Shown: positions 61,900 to 64,000 of the stretch, in pieces
How positions within the stretch are numbered: position 1 is the stretch's first letter
Layout: each line of letters opens with the position of its first letter
Source of the DNA: Balanoglossus misakiensis
Lineage: Eukaryota; Animalia; Hemichordata
Assembly: GCA_040954595.2 (NCBI GenBank)
Contig: CM082577.2
Span: 15,817,903 to 15,881,902 of the forward strand
Reading direction: 5' to 3'
Length of the DNA stretch: 64,000 nt
The notes under the pieces: generated by a model
The model's input: the letters and a program-made list of their open reading frames with translations, nothing else
The model's database searches: none
Told to the model about the DNA's origin: nothing
Program-made: the position numbers and the translations under genes

Positions 61900-64000
61900 G
61901 CTTGTTGAGTGCACTGGGGGCAGAAGTAGTCCCCCGTGCTTCCCTTTCCTGACTGAATTCCCACACAGGACATATGGAACCAGTCAAAACACTTGTCGCA
62001 TTGGATCATTGGGCTGCCATCGTTCGGTCCCCGACAAATGCAGTACTGGTCATTCCCTGGGCTTTCGGTTTCCCCCGTGTCGTTGGCTATGTTTGCCTGG
62101 TGCCTAACGATCCACTGGGGTAAGACCCGATCCCTACATAGTTTGATCCTGTCATGGTGCACAGTCATCTCTGCCCTTTTCAACCTCACTTTGTACAGGT
62201 ATGGGGAGAATTTCCCAATGATCACGGCTGGGCCCTTCCAGGGGGGACTGAGCTTGCGACATTTCCCTTTTGTGGTGGCGGTATCTAAAATGTATACACA
62301 ATCCCCCACCCCATAAGCTTTGGTGTGTGTTCTCAAATCATAGTCCCTTTTCATCCGTTCCTGGGTGGCCCTTAAGGTATTACGGGCGGTTTCATGGGCC
62401 GTGCTGATTGCTCTCTCCAATTCCCTAACATACCCCTCGGCCCTTTCCCCTTCATTGGAAAACTTGTCAGTGCTGTCTTTCCCCTGCCCTGTGGTCACCC
62501 CAAACACCAGATCTGCTGGCAAGTTAAGTTCCCTTCCCAACATTAAACGGTTTGGCGTGTACCCTGTGCTGCGATTCACTGATGCGCGCATTGCCCCTGC
62601 TATCTGGGGTAGGTGTACATCCCACTCGCGCTGATTTCCGATGAAGCAACGCACTGCGTCCATGAGCGTACGGTTATTTCGTTCTGCCTGGCCATTCGCG
62701 GACGGTCTATAAGGGGTCGTTCTGCATTTGTGAATACGCAACAGCTCGCAAATCGCTACGAAAAGTTGGCTCTCGAAATTACGCCCCTGGTCGGTAAAGA
62801 TCTCGAAAGGGTACCCGAAGCGCGCAAAGAATTCATTCACTGCTGCCTGGGCGGTGACCTCCGCCGTTTGTGACGGTAGTGGGATACACTCCACCCATTT
62901 TGAGAACTGATCGACCATCATCAGGATGTATTCGTTTCCCCCTTGTGTCTTGGGGAGGGGCCCGAGAAAGTCCAGATGGACTCGCTCCATGGGGGAGCCT
63001 GCATGGAAACTTTTCATCTCTGCCCTGCCATACCGGTGGGTTTTCTTGTTCTGACTACACTCTGGGCATGTGGCCACAAAATCCTTCACTTCCTCATGCA
63101 TTTTGTACCAGACGTACTTCTGTTTTATTCTGGACAAGGTCCGTTGGGCACCTTGATGTCCGGCAGATGGGATAGTGTGATTCAAGTCTATGACTTCCTC
63201 CTTCATGTCTCGGGGGACTACAAATAATTTGTGGCCTGAGTCAATTTCCTCCCTCCATAAGACTCCATCAATCACACAGAACAATTCCCGGTTCACCCAA
63301 TAATTCTTGGCGGCTGGGCTTGATAGCATAAGTTTCCCTTCTAGGGGTTCTTTCCCTGTCTCAACCCAATGCAATAAATCGCTAAGGTCTGGGTCTTTTT
63401 GTTGCATTTCCCGGAATTCGGCCATGCTTACCCCGACGATAGCTGTGCCCTCCTGCTTTTCACTGGCACGCGTTACTACATATGCTTTGGGCTTCCCCTG
63501 TTCTCTATCCCAACCCTGTTCGATATCAATGTGGGATTGGGGGGCTTCCAACCAATTTCCCTCATGCACATTTCGGCCCTCGTATGACTCGCCTGGGTCC
63601 CAAGGCCAAGGTGGACAGTCACACCCCTGGGGAATTGGTGTGTCCCGGCCTGGGGATAAGGTTTCCCCCGGCGGAGATTCTGCCCCTGGTGTGTCGCTGA
63701 CCGTCTTCCCCTGCCCTATTGCCCTAGCTAAGGGGACCACATCGTCTACCTCCTCTATGAAAGCACTCCATCTCGAGTGGGCCTTCTCACAGTAGTTACA
63801 ACCCCCACAAGGAAGGTCTTGGGGGCTTATCCCATGGCTGAAATTGGAACATTGCTTGGGGTCTTGCACCCGTGAGAGTGCGTCGGCGTTTACATGTTTC
63901 TTCCCCGGGCGGTGCTCTACCTTCATGTCATATTGACTCAGCTCTTCGAGCCAACGGGCTAACTGTCCCTGGGGTTCCTTGAAACTAAGTAGCCAAGTCA
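61896..64000 (-). CDS. pol: Gypsy pol, C-terminal part: RNase H end, Cys-rich tether, HHCC zinc finger, integrase core, PHD finger
   Basis: GQLARWLEELSQYDMKVEHRPGKKHVNADALSR; H..PSAGH...CPEC; VHLDFLGP, FTDQGRNFES, QAERNNR; YCIC...MIQCDKCFDWFHMSCVG...YFCPQC. The frame is open to the window end. Confidence 0.95.
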   Translation of the reverse strand, partial: TWLLSFKEPQGQLARWLEELSQYDMKVEHRPGKKHVNADALSRVQDPKQCSNFSHGISPQDLPCGGCNYCEKAHSRWSAFIEEVDDVVPLARAIGQGKTVSDTPGAESPPGETLSPGRDTPIPQGCDCPPWPWDPGESYEGRNVHEGNWLEAPQSHIDIEQGWDREQGKPKAYVVTRASEKQEGTAIVGVSMAEFREMQQKDPDLSDLLHWVETGKEPLEGKLMLSSPAAKNYWVNRELFCVIDGVLWREEIDSGHKLFVVPRDMKEEVIDLNHTIPSAGHQGAQRTLSRIKQKYVWYKMHEEVKDFVATCPECSQNKKTHRYGRAEMKSFHAGSPMERVHLDFLGPLPKTQGGNEYILMMVDQFSKWVECIPLPSQTAEVTAQAAVNEFFARFGYPFEIFTDQGRNFESQLFVAICELLRIHKCRTTPYRPSANGQAERNNRTLMDAVRCFIGNQREWDVHLPQIAGAMRASVNRSTGYTPNRLMLGRELNLPADLVFGVTTGQGKDSTDKFSNEGERAEGYVRELERAISTAHETARNTLRATQERMKRDYDLRTHTKAYGVGDCVYILDTATTKGKCRKLSPPWKGPAVIIGKFSPYLYKVRLKRAEMTVHHDRIKLCRDRVLPQWIVRHQANIANDTGETESPGNDQYCICRGPNDGSPMIQCDKCFDWFHMSCVGIQSGKGSTGDYFCPQCTQQA

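Larger units (their letters stand above)
54604..64000 (-). mobile_element. Gypsy/Ty3 LTR retrotransposon, 3' portion (RNase H end, integrase, PHD, ZnF-TatD ORF, PPT, 3' LTR); continues beyond the window
   Basis: Co-oriented pol, extra ORF, polypurine tract and TG...CA LTR. Confidence 0.9.

Overview
Eukaryotic, AT-rich DNA with spliceosomal GT-AG exons. The repeat families suggest a marine invertebrate (inference). The window is almost entirely a nested transposable-element graveyard with no clearly intact host gene. Two young elements dominate. (1) A full-length Academ-type DNA transposon (14409-23362) with ~555-bp TIRs, a 3-bp TSD (TAC), an internal 137/138-bp satellite and an uninterrupted 1574-aa DDE-transposase/XPG-PIN-nuclease ORF. 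(2) The 3' part of a Gypsy/Ty3 LTR retrotransposon on the minus strand (54604 to beyond 64000). Its integrase ends in a PHD finger. In the env position it carries an ~801-aa ORF encoding a C2H2-like zinc finger plus a complete TatD nuclease. That ORF is only visible after removing a 4.2-kb CACTG (EnSpm/CACTA) insertion with a GCA TSD, and it is preceded by a canonical splice acceptor overlapping the pol stop codon. This TatD-carrying retroelement is the strongest candidate for something undescribed. The rest comprises decayed Kolobok, YqaJ, Tc1 (D-42-E spacing), Harbinger/ISL2EU, piggyBac, hAT, LINE, Helentron-like and Crypton-like pieces, at least four diverged RPA70-like OB-fold gene fragments, and a divergent cyclin pseudogene. 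All family calls come from motifs recognised by eye; no searches were run.
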